Source: Myxococcota bacterium (lineage in GTDB: Bacteria; Myxococcota_A; UBA9160; SZUA-336). Taken from it: a DNA stretch of 64,000 bases. The stretch lies in contig CBDFGR010000002.1 of assembly GCA_965247115.1 (NCBI GenBank), positions 544,001-608,000 on the forward strand, given 5' to 3'. The notes beneath the pieces were generated by a model. The model did not search any database. It was given only the letters and a program-made list of their open reading frames with translations, and was not told the origin of the DNA. A program made the position numbers and the translations under genes. Shown one piece after another: positions 56,596 through 64,000 of the stretch (positions are counted from its first letter, which is position 1; every line of letters begins with the position of its first letter).

Positions 56596-57809
56596 AAGTG
56601 ATCGGGACAGTGCGGGGCGTGCCGCGTCCCGAACAGCGCGTCCGCGCGCCGAATGCCGTCGTCGGAGCCCGAGATCAGCCCCCAGGCGGCGAGCTCTCTG
56701 GCCGTGCGAAACCCCGTGTACAGCGACGCCAGGCTCTTGACCGACATCTGCACGTCCGCCGGACCCGATGAGCGCGAGACCTCCGCCCCTTGCGGCGACG
56801 CCGCCACGCGATACGTACCGCCGTTCCAGGGCGCCAGGTCGTCCTTGTCGATCTCGATCGAGAGCTCGCCCGCCTCGTCGTAGCCTCGAGCCTCGAGCGC
56901 CGTCGCAGCGTCGACGATCCGAAGCCAGATGCCCTCGTGATCGCGTGTATTCAGCAGTCGCGGCTCCAGAAAGAGCTCGGGAGCCGGATCGTCGAGCGGC
57001 GCCGAACGCCAGAGCACGCGGCCGACCAGGTCGTGACGGGCGAGGAAGCTCCAGAGGCTCCGGTACGCATCGAGCGTGAGCCACACGAGATCGCGGACGA
57101 CGATCTCCTCGTCGCGGGACGGGTGATCCCGCTTCCCGGCGCGCAGGGTGTAGATGACGTAGCCCTGTCCCTCGCCCGACGCATCAGAGCAGATCCCGAC
57201 GTGGATCGGGCCATCAGCCGCGACCTCCTTCAAGGCATTGTTGAGCCAGAGGGGCCTCGCACGATGCAGGTAACAGCTCCTGTCCGAGATGTATTCGATG
57301 TAGAGCTGCTTCGCGATTCCGTAGCCCGCGTCCACGTCGAGCCGCTCGACCGTTGCGGAGCCAGGATCTCCATCGTGAAAACCGATGTCCACGGTATCGA
57401 CCGAGTACGTTCGCTGAACGGTCGTCATCGCGTAGCCGTAGCGCTGATAGATCGCGGCCTGAGAGGCCCAGAGGGCCGCAACCGCCTGGCCGCGCTCTCG
57501 CATGTCCGCAAAAGCCTGCGTGGTGAGCCGGCGGACGAGACCCTTGCGGCGGTACTCTGGCAGGGTCCCGACGGTTGACACGCCGGCGAGAGGCATCGCC
57601 CTGCCGTTCGCCCGCATGGTGAACGGGATCGCGGAGGTGCTGGAGACCATGCGGGGGCCGTCGAACGCACACAGCGTCCACTCAGCCCGGTTGGCCGTAG
57701 CGGCGAAGCTGTCGGGACCGTCGCCGAAGGTCCCGCCGTAGTTGTAGCCGCACAGCTCGCCCAGCTGGCCCATCTCGTCTTGCGTGGCGGGTCGGATCTC
57801 GAAGCCCAT
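56592..57809 (-). CDS. Eis-family GNAT acetyltransferase
   Basis: VGTLPEYRRKGL, LWASQAAIYQRYGY, WLRIVD...LEARGY, SCP2-like tail ending in DHF. Confidence 0.88.
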   Translation of the reverse strand: MGFEIRPATQDEMGQLGELCGYNYGGTFGDGPDSFAATANRAEWTLCAFDGPRMVSSTSAIPFTMRANGRAMPLAGVSTVGTLPEYRRKGLVRRLTTQAFADMRERGQAVAALWASQAAIYQRYGYAMTTVQRTYSVDTVDIGFHDGDPGSATVERLDVDAGYGIAKQLYIEYISDRSCYLHRARPLWLNNALKEVAADGPIHVGICSDASGEGQGYVIYTLRAGKRDHPSRDEEIVVRDLVWLTLDAYRSLWSFLARHDLVGRVLWRSAPLDDPAPELFLEPRLLNTRDHEGIWLRIVDAATALEARGYDEAGELSIEIDKDDLAPWNGGTYRVAASPQGAEVSRSSGPADVQMSVKSLASLYTGFRTARELAAWGLISGSDDGIRRADALFGTRHAPHCPDHF

Positions 57810-57842
57810 CGCGTCTCTCCGCTGATTCTACCTATCCCCGCC

Positions 57843-58721
57843 TCAGGCACTCAAGCGCACGTTCGTAGACTCCGCGACCAGATCGTCGGCGGCGCCCTCC
57901 CACATGACCGGGCGCTCGCCGCGGACGGTGATCCGGTGGCCGCTGCGCTCGGCCGGCCAGTAGTCCCAGATGGCGTGATGCAGCACGCAGCGGTTGTCCC
58001 ACACGGCAATCGCGTTCTCCGTCCACTGGAAGCGGCACTGGAAGGCGACCTGCTCCACGTGGTCGAGCAAGAAGTCCAGCAGCGCCTTCGCCTCGAGACG
58101 CGGAAGACCGTTCAGGTGCTCCGTGAACTCCCTGTTCACGTAGAGCCCCGGCCTGCCGCTTTCGGGATGGAGCCGCACGACGGGATGATCTGCCTCCGGC
58201 CACGATCCGGCAGAGTCCTTCGCCTCGAACTTGAAGAGCTTGCGGTAGGGACCCTCTCCCGAGTGGTGCGCCGTCAGGCCTCGCAGCAGGCCCCTCATCT
58301 GCGGCGAGAGCGCAGCGTATGCCGCATACATGCTCGCAAACAGCGTGTCCCCACCGTTCGCTGGCACCTGGTGGAGCTGCAGGATGGTGGCGTATGGCGG
58401 CTCCTCGTCGCATGACACATCGGAGTGCCAGCGGTTGCCCGCCGCCACACGCGTCTCCTCTGTGGTCCGCATCTTCATCAAGCCCGGGTACTCCGCGTCG
58501 TGCCCGCGTGCGGCAGGGTGCACGTGGACGGGCCCGAAGCGCTTCGCGAACGCGATCTGCTGAGCGGGACTGAGTGCCGGCTGATCGCGAAAGAAGATCA
58601 CCGAGTGCGCGACGAACGCGCGCCGGATTTCCTCGAACTCCTCATCGGACAGATCGATGAGGTCGGCACCGATGATCTCGCCCCCGATCGTGGGCGTCAG
58701 GGCTCTGGTCTCCAGCGGCAC
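57843..58721 (-). CDS. TauD family dioxygenase
   Basis: WHSDVS, GGDTLFA, HPVVRLHPESG, WDNRCVLHHA. Confidence 0.9.
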   Translation of the reverse strand: MPLETRALTPTIGGEIIGADLIDLSDEEFEEIRRAFVAHSVIFFRDQPALSPAQQIAFAKRFGPVHVHPAARGHDAEYPGLMKMRTTEETRVAAGNRWHSDVSCDEEPPYATILQLHQVPANGGDTLFASMYAAYAALSPQMRGLLRGLTAHHSGEGPYRKLFKFEAKDSAGSWPEADHPVVRLHPESGRPGLYVNREFTEHLNGLPRLEAKALLDFLLDHVEQVAFQCRFQWTENAIAVWDNRCVLHHAIWDYWPAERSGHRITVRGERPVMWEGAADDLVAESTNVRLSA

Positions 58722-58811
58722 ATCCTATTTATCCACGATCTGGCGCTGAAGAACAAGACGGTGCTCGCTCAGGAGGCATGGTCCAGCTCCGCCCTCATCC
58801 GGCCTCACCAC

Positions 58812-59111
58812 TCAGTCGCCGCCACCGAGAACAACCCTCAGGAGCCGTCGTGACGGGATGCCCGAGGACCCGTACATCCGACGGCCCAGGGCGTACTCAG
58901 TCTGCGCGTCAGCGCCCGGTTCAATGTCAGCGCCGTCCACTCGGATTGACGGCGCGCCGACGAAGCGATGCCGCTCGGCTTCCCGCTGGTCGCGAACGTC
59001 TGTCTCCTCGACCTCTGCGTCGAGGCCGAGTTCGGACAAGGTCGTGTCGATCAGCTCGCGCGTCGGTCGGTGGTGCGGACACCCGTCAAAGTACAGGAGT
59101 TCGATCTTCAC
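58812..59111 (-). CDS. DUF2703-like thioredoxin-fold protein
   Basis: IELLYFDGCP, FVGAPSIRVDGADI; GTG start overlaps the stop of the upstream mini-ORF. Confidence 0.72.
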   Translation of the reverse strand: MKIELLYFDGCPHHRPTRELIDTTLSELGLDAEVEETDVRDQREAERHRFVGAPSIRVDGADIEPGADAQTEYALGRRMYGSSGIPSRRLLRVVLGGGD

Positions 59112-59194
59112 GGTCTGGTGCTGTGCTCCGGCTCCGCAGTGTGACCCAGCTCGTCCCCCTCCCACTCCTCTTCCCAACCAAATGCTTTGCTCAT
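59108..59194 (-). CDS. 28-aa mini-ORF (peptide or deletion remnant)
   Basis: AGGAGG RBS then MSKAFGWEEEWEGDELGHTAEPEHSTRP*; GTGA overlap with the next gene. Confidence 0.45.
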   Translation of the reverse strand: MSKAFGWEEEWEGDELGHTAEPEHSTRP

Positions 59195-59199
59195 GTCGC

Positions 59200-59736
59200 C
59201 TACCTCCTAGCTCTCTCCCACCGATCCAGGCGAGTCAGTCCTGCCTTTCATGGGAACTCCTCGACCTTGCGTCCGCGAATCATCCCCAGCACGTGGGGAA
59301 CGGCGCGGAGCTCTCATCCCGGAGCCGCGACGACAGCCGCCACGATGTGCGACGCACCTACCACTCCGAGCACCAGCGCCAGCAGCAGGCCGAAGGTGAG
59401 ACCCAAGGCGGCGCCGTTGGGGCTACCGCCAAGTGCGAGATCCGCGGCGCATGCGAAGACGAACAGGCCGCCCACACCGAGACGCACCTGTCGCCGGGGC
59501 CACGAGCGCGAGAACGGCATGCCGATGACCTCTGGGATCACGTACAGCATGAAGCCGAGGCCGATCCAGGCCATCGGGTTCGCCAGGTTGACGCCGTCTA
59601 CCAGCCTTGGAAAGTCGGCAACCATACCGGCAAAGAAGTAGAGGAGCGCCAGGCCAAATAGCAGTCTCACCGCTCGGCCGATGGGACCAGGCCGCGGGAG
59701 TCGCTCGACCTCGGCAGACGCGGTTTCCCCGCTCAT
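59200..59736 (-). CDS. Membrane protein, putative selenoprotein with two in-frame UGA (178 aa; the standard-code ORF stops at 59314)
   Basis: ...VVAAPG-U-ELRAVPHVLGMIRGRKVEEFP-U-KAGLTRLDRWERARR-TAG; TGA at 59314-59316 and 59248-59250; hairpins follow each. Confidence 0.7.
59272..59309 (-). promoter_or_regulatory. Putative bacterial SECIS element after the first UGA
   Basis: UCCGCG/CGCGGA lower stem, UCCCCA/UGGGGA upper stem, loop CGUGC starting 21 nt after the UGA. Confidence 0.6.
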
Positions 59737-59744
59737 GGGCCAGA

Positions 59745-59776
59745 AAGGTAGCGCTTGAACCCTGGTTTAAGGTCAA
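59745..59776 (-). promoter_or_regulatory. MerR-type promoter/operator
   Basis: TTGACC - 20 nt - TACCTT with dyad CTTAAACC-AG-GGTTCAAG (7/8 symmetric); ATG 8 nt after the -10 box. Confidence 0.78.
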
Positions 59777-60165
59777 CCCCCCTTCGCCCGTGCGGAGAGA
59801 TCGTCGATCACCCCGCAGCGGCCCCTGCGCTCGTGTCTGTGGCACTCCTCCAGAGAGCGCCGCAGCACGCGCTGGACGTGGCGCAGCTCCCGCATACGGT
59901 CGGCCACGGCCTCGAGTCTGCGCTCGATGAGGCGCTGCACCTTGCCGCAGGGCGCTGGGCGCAGGAGCTCGGTCTCGTCCCGCAGCGTGAACGCCGTCCC
60001 CTGCGCCGCCCGGATGAAGCGGAGCCGCTCCACGTCTTCCCGGAAATAGAGGCGGTAGTTCGAGCCGTTGCGACCCGCTGGGCGGAGAATCCCCTCACGC
60101 TCGTAGTACCGGACCGTCGAGGTCGGAACTCCGGCCGCCTTCGCTAGCTCGCCAATCGTGAACAT
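59773..60165 (-). CDS. MerR-family heavy-metal-responsive regulator
   Basis: FTIGELAKAAGVPTSTVRYYEREGIL, NYRLY; Cys in PAPC and C-x8-C (EECHRHERRGRC); RBS GAGGAG. Confidence 0.9.
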   Translation of the reverse strand: MFTIGELAKAAGVPTSTVRYYEREGILRPAGRNGSNYRLYFREDVERLRFIRAAQGTAFTLRDETELLRPAPCGKVQRLIERRLEAVADRMRELRHVQRVLRRSLEECHRHERRGRCGVIDDLSARAKGG

Positions 60166-60182
60166 CTCCTCACCTCCTCGTC

Positions 60183-60202
60183 TGAGGTTGTACCTAACCT
60201 CA
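60183..60202. promoter_or_regulatory. Inverted repeat upstream of the MerR gene
   Basis: TGAGGTT-GTACCT-AACCTCA, perfect 7-bp arms. Confidence 0.5.
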
Positions 60203-60348
60203 AGGTGGCGCGCAGACGCGACCAGACCAGCGGCTGCGCCTTGTTTCCGGCGGCTTTGAAACGCGCGTTGCAGGAAGCCCGAGCCCCGGAACCGTAGCAC
60301 TCGCCGAAACGTCGGCGCCCTACAGTAGGGGAGCTTGGAAGAGCAGTG

Positions 60349-61128
60349 ATGGCGGGTTCTGGTCGCGCGTTAGGGGTCTCGGGTTGGTTGGTCGCCGCCG
60401 CTGTCAGCATCATCTACCTGATAGTGAGCTACGACGTCACGATCCGAGAGCGGGGAGCTCGTAGCCGGGCCGCACTCGCCGCAGCCGTCAATGTAACGCC
60501 AGGCGGGGTGCGGCCAGTCGTCGACGAGCGATACAGCGATCTTGCGGCTGAAGCGCAGATCGCCACAGGGGCCGATCTGCCGGTGGTAGACCGGAGACTC
60601 GAGGCTGCCGAGCGCGAGTTCCCCTCGGACTATCGGTTCACGTATGAGCGAGCAACACTGGCTGTCTACGGTCGAGCCGAACATCACGAGGCGTTCTTCC
60701 ACCTCCGGAGGGCGGCAGAGAAGGCGATCGGGACGGAGAGAGCCGGCGAGATGCTCGATAGATTGGAGCATGACGGAGAGGCCGACGGACGCTTGCGGAA
60801 ACTGGCTGTGGGACACGATGAGTGGTCGGTGCTCCACGAAGCGTTGGAGCATCGGGACGGAGACCGACTCTGGCACTCTCACTCGAGACATCCACCCACT
60901 CCCACGACTCGGAGGAGGGGCCCGTCCGATGACAGTGTGCCAGCTCGTGTGAGCGCCTCATCCCCACTCGAGTACGAAACGCCCTGCCTTGATGCGTTGA
61001 TTGCGCTTCGGCAGGTGCCAATGGACCCAGGGGCAAGAACCGCATATCACCGCCTGCGGAAGGTGTGCCTGGGGGGTTCCCCGTCTGGCCAACCCCCGAC
61101 GTCAGCTCCAAGTCCCCGCCATCACTGA
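60349..61128 (+). CDS. Hypothetical membrane-anchored protein
   Basis: N-terminal TM segment; helical TPR-like middle with EHHEAFFHL; no family recognised. Confidence 0.55.
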   Translation: MAGSGRALGVSGWLVAAAVSIIYLIVSYDVTIRERGARSRAALAAAVNVTPGGVRPVVDERYSDLAAEAQIATGADLPVVDRRLEAAEREFPSDYRFTYERATLAVYGRAEHHEAFFHLRRAAEKAIGTERAGEMLDRLEHDGEADGRLRKLAVGHDEWSVLHEALEHRDGDRLWHSHSRHPPTPTTRRRGPSDDSVPARVSASSPLEYETPCLDALIALRQVPMDPGARTAYHRLRKVCLGGSPSGQPPTSAPSPRHH

Positions 61129-61278
61129 CCACGTCCGCTGGGGCTGCTCGATGGAATCGACCGTGGAGCCGAGGTCGACTTTCGCGTGTGGGAGGAGCGA
61201 GGTATCTACACCGCAACGGAGACTCGCGCCGTCGATCTATAGCTGAACCCAGGCCGATGGCCGAGGAGGCACGAACAC

Positions 61279-62355
61279 GTGTTCGAAACACTTCTCGATG
61301 GGACAGCGCTTCCGAATCTGCACCCCGCGCTCGTCCACTTTCCCATCGCCCTGGCGGGTGTAGCGCTCGTCTTCGACCTCGTGTCACTCGCGCGCCAAGG
61401 AGAGTGGCGAAGCTCGGCGGTCGCACTCTGGTGGCTCGCGGCGGGCGGGGGACTCGCCGCCTACCTGGCCGGCGAGAAGGCCGAGGAGAGTCTCGGGATG
61501 CTCGCTCCAGCGGCGGAGCGCGCGGTTGGTCTGCACAGCGACTTCGCCTGGTGGGCGCTCCTCGGCCTCGGGGCGGTCGCGCTCCTGCGCACCGGCACCA
61601 TCTTTGGTTGGGGCGGTCGCCCGCTGGCCTGGCTGGGTGTTGCGGCCGGCCTCGGCGTACAGCCCCTCATCCTGCGCACCGCCGATCTCGGAGGCGCGCT
61701 GGTGTTTCAGCACGCGGTCGCCGTGACACACGTCCCCCAGCAGAATCCCGAGCCGGAAAGGGCCAGGCTCGCGGCTGAACCGCGCCCGAGCCCGCCACCC
61801 GACCTCGTTCGCGTAGCAGACGGATCCTGGACATGGACTCCCATCCCGGGTGATGTCACCGCACTGGGGCGCGTTCTCGAGCTCTCGGGCGCTAGCGCCC
61901 TCGAGGTCCAGGTGCTGCCGGGTGGCCCGGGCCTACGGCTCCGGGCCACCGGGGAGGGGAGCCTGCTTCTCCCCGAGCGCTTTGGGGATGTTCGAGTTGA
62001 AGGCGACCTCGACGTGGCCGGCTTCGATGGCACGGTGGGACTCGGTGTGCTTGCGCTCGAGCAGGAGGACGGCCTGACTCTCGAACGCGAGTCCACTGGA
62101 GACCTCGCGCTGGTGCGATCCCGCCAGGGCGCCCGCGAGCTGCTCGACCAAGGTACACCCGCACTACAGGAAGGCAGCATCCAACTCGCGCTCTCTGCAA
62201 TCGGCGGCCACTGGAAGGGGTATCTGTTCGATCGGAGCCTGGTGCACGCACACGGCAGCCTGTCGGGAGCTCTGCGTCCGGTGCTGACCCTGCGCGGAGC
62301 TGGCGAGCTCACGCTGCTCGCGCTTCGCGTCACCTCGATGGCAGATCAGGACTAG
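61279..62355 (+). CDS. DUF2231-like membrane protein with a C-terminal beta-rich domain
   Basis: NLHPALVHFPIAL, AYLAGE, H, TADLGGALVF; RBS GAGGAGG. Confidence 0.75.
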   Translation: MFETLLDGTALPNLHPALVHFPIALAGVALVFDLVSLARQGEWRSSAVALWWLAAGGGLAAYLAGEKAEESLGMLAPAAERAVGLHSDFAWWALLGLGAVALLRTGTIFGWGGRPLAWLGVAAGLGVQPLILRTADLGGALVFQHAVAVTHVPQQNPEPERARLAAEPRPSPPPDLVRVADGSWTWTPIPGDVTALGRVLELSGASALEVQVLPGGPGLRLRATGEGSLLLPERFGDVRVEGDLDVAGFDGTVGLGVLALEQEDGLTLERESTGDLALVRSRQGARELLDQGTPALQEGSIQLALSAIGGHWKGYLFDRSLVHAHGSLSGALRPVLTLRGAGELTLLALRVTSMADQD

Positions 62356-62401
62356 TCGCTAGCTTTGCGAAACTACCAGAGCTCGCCGCGGGGCAATACG
62401 C

Positions 62402-63439
62402 TCAGCAGGCGAGCGCGTAGACATCCTGGCTGCCGTCCGGAAGTGGATGCTCACTCCACGACGCTCCGGAATCGCTGGTCGTGAACACCTGCCCGCCCCG
62501 CGTGGCAAACGACACGCGATTCGGGGCGTCGGCGCTCGCGGCGATGATCATGGCGGTGCCCTTCACTCCCACGCCCCGATCGAAGCGCCGCCACGACTGA
62601 CCGAGGTCCTGGCTGATGCAGACCGAGCCGGCGTCGCTGAACGCAGCCCCGCTGAACGCGCCGAGCAGCGTGGAGGTATCGTAAGGGGCTACGCGCACAT
62701 CGCGTGCGTAGGTCAAGGGTGAGAAGCGACCGATCTGGAGGTCGGTCCAGGTCTCGCCCCGATCGGCGCTCTCGAACAGCCCCATCCGGTTGGCGAGGAA
62801 CACGCGTCCTTTCGAGACAGCCATCGCGTGGCAGTCGACCATCCCCTCGGACTGGGAGTCGCTCCCGATCGCGCTCTTCAGGTGATCCTGCTGGGCCAGT
62901 CGGAGCAGCCCGCGGGAGCAATCCTGCCAGGACTCTCCGGCATCCGCGCTCCTGATCACCCCCGCCACCTCGATGCCGGCGTAGATCTCGTCTGAATCCG
63001 CCGGATTGATGGCGATGCGCGTGACGCGATTCGGAAACCCCATCTCGACCGCACCCGCAGGCGTCAGTGTCGGCAGCGACTGCCACGACCGGCCGCCATT
63101 GTGGCTGCGATACACGCCTGCAGGACCCGTCCCAGCGTACATGATGGTGGGATCGCCCGGGTGAAACACGATCGACCACACCGTCACGTCCTCGCCCGCC
63201 ACAGGCAGGTGGCGCCAGCTGTCACCGCAGTCTTCGCTCAAGTGAACGCCGTACTGCGTTCCCGCGTAGATGATGTTCGCCTTGTCGGGATGGACCGACA
63301 CACCGCGCACCTCTACGTCTGCGGCAAGCGAGAGCTTCTGCCACGACTCCTCGGTGAAGGCGCGGCGGAAGAGGGCCCCTGGCCCCGCACCTCGACCTGG
63401 AATGAACTGCGCTGTACCCGCGTATAGATAATCGCCCAT
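62402..63439 (-). CDS. BNR/Asp-box repeat beta-propeller protein
   Basis: Repeated SxDxGxSW motifs (SEDCGDSW, SHNGGRSW, SADAGESW, SADRGETW, SQDLGQSW, TSDSGASW). Confidence 0.85.
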   Translation of the reverse strand: MGDYLYAGTAQFIPGRGAGPGALFRRAFTEESWQKLSLAADVEVRGVSVHPDKANIIYAGTQYGVHLSEDCGDSWRHLPVAGEDVTVWSIVFHPGDPTIMYAGTGPAGVYRSHNGGRSWQSLPTLTPAGAVEMGFPNRVTRIAINPADSDEIYAGIEVAGVIRSADAGESWQDCSRGLLRLAQQDHLKSAIGSDSQSEGMVDCHAMAVSKGRVFLANRMGLFESADRGETWTDLQIGRFSPLTYARDVRVAPYDTSTLLGAFSGAAFSDAGSVCISQDLGQSWRRFDRGVGVKGTAMIIAASADAPNRVSFATRGGQVFTTSDSGASWSEHPLPDGSQDVYALAC

Positions 63440-63632
63440 GGCTCGGTTACCCCTCGATGTGTCGCGTCGCTTCCGTCGATTCTACACCGGATCGGCCTCT
63501 GCCGACGTCCAATTCCAATGGCCTGGGGTCAGTCGTCCGTCAACCCCCGGTACAAGAACAGGTACCTGCTGTCAGAGACGTGGGTGTATAGTTCGGGGAC
63601 ATTCGAGCTGGAGGTGCAGGGTGCCCACACCC

Positions 63633-64000
63633 ATGAAGATCAAAGCCGCGGTGTTTCGAGGGGTCGGAGTACCGCTCAGCATCGAGTCGGTGGAGATCGC
63701 CGATCCGGGCCCGGAGGAGGTGCTGGTCCGGACTGCGGCCTGTGGGGTGTGTCACAGCGACCTGCACTTCGTGCAGGGTTCGATCCCGGGGCCGAGCCCC
63801 TGCATCCCGGGCCACGAGCCCGCTGGCGTAGTCGAGGCGGTCGGGGAGCGCGTCAAGCTCGTGGCGCCCGGCGACCACGTCATCGCGTGCACGTCGATGT
63901 ATTGCGGAGACTGCCCCCAGTGCCTGCGGGGCCACAGACACTTGTGCGTGAACCGCCGAGCCTGTCGACGGGGCGCGGACGAGCCACCCCGCCTGTCGCA
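63633..64000 (+). CDS. Zn-dependent alcohol dehydrogenase (runs off window)
   Basis: Translated by hand: MKIKAAVF...GVCHSDLH...GHEPAG...CGDCPQC...HLC. Confidence 0.9.
   Translation, partial: MKIKAAVFRGVGVPLSIESVEIADPGPEEVLVRTAACGVCHSDLHFVQGSIPGPSPCIPGHEPAGVVEAVGERVKLVAPGDHVIACTSMYCGDCPQCLRGHRHLCVNRRACRRGADEPPRLS

Noticed and set aside
5523..57084. Long antisense or alternate-frame ORFs (5523-7133, 13838-15808, 31216-32811, 35691-37202, 50065-52521, 55429-57084, also 36-713)
   Set aside because: Shadow ORFs opposite well-supported genes, as expected at high GC
58812..60165. Canonical mer operon
   Set aside because: No merA, merB, merT or merP; metal specificity cannot be assigned from sequence
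61126..61128. Selenocysteine read-through at the stop of the 60349 ORF
   Set aside because: The frame stays open afterwards, but there is no redox-like context and no clear SECIS hairpin
1..64000. tRNA, rRNA or known riboswitches
   Set aside because: None recognised by eye; a covariance-model search was not possible

Overview
GC-rich (roughly two-thirds G+C by eye) bacterial chromosome segment with about 62 protein-coding loci. I saw no rRNA, tRNA or CRISPR array. The gene content (many SDRs, luciferase-like monooxygenases, family III CoA transferases, TauD dioxygenases, an amidohydrolase, a zinc-ribbon adenylate cyclase, a DUF222-like HNH protein) suggests an uncultured Myxococcota/Binatota-type heterotroph; this is inference only. 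Main blocks: an XRE/nucleotidyltransferase toxin-antitoxin pair; a Rieske dioxygenase operon interrupted by a complete IS5-family element (10631-11905, CTAG target duplication); an mddA-like methyltransferase; a neutral-lipid storage cluster (HAD-PlsC, WS/DGAT, XRE regulator, phasin-like protein, frameshifted FATP-type acyl-CoA synthetase); an HNH gene bracketed by related palindromes; and several internally deleted pseudogenes. The strongest novel candidate is at 58.8-60.2 kb. There a three-Cys MerR regulator sits upstream of a 20-bp-spacer dyad promoter. The promoter precedes a membrane protein whose frame runs through two in-frame TGA codons, each followed by a SECIS-like hairpin (a putative double-selenocysteine protein), then a translationally coupled mini-ORF and a DUF2703-like thioredoxin-fold gene. 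All family assignments come from motif recognition by eye, not from database searches.
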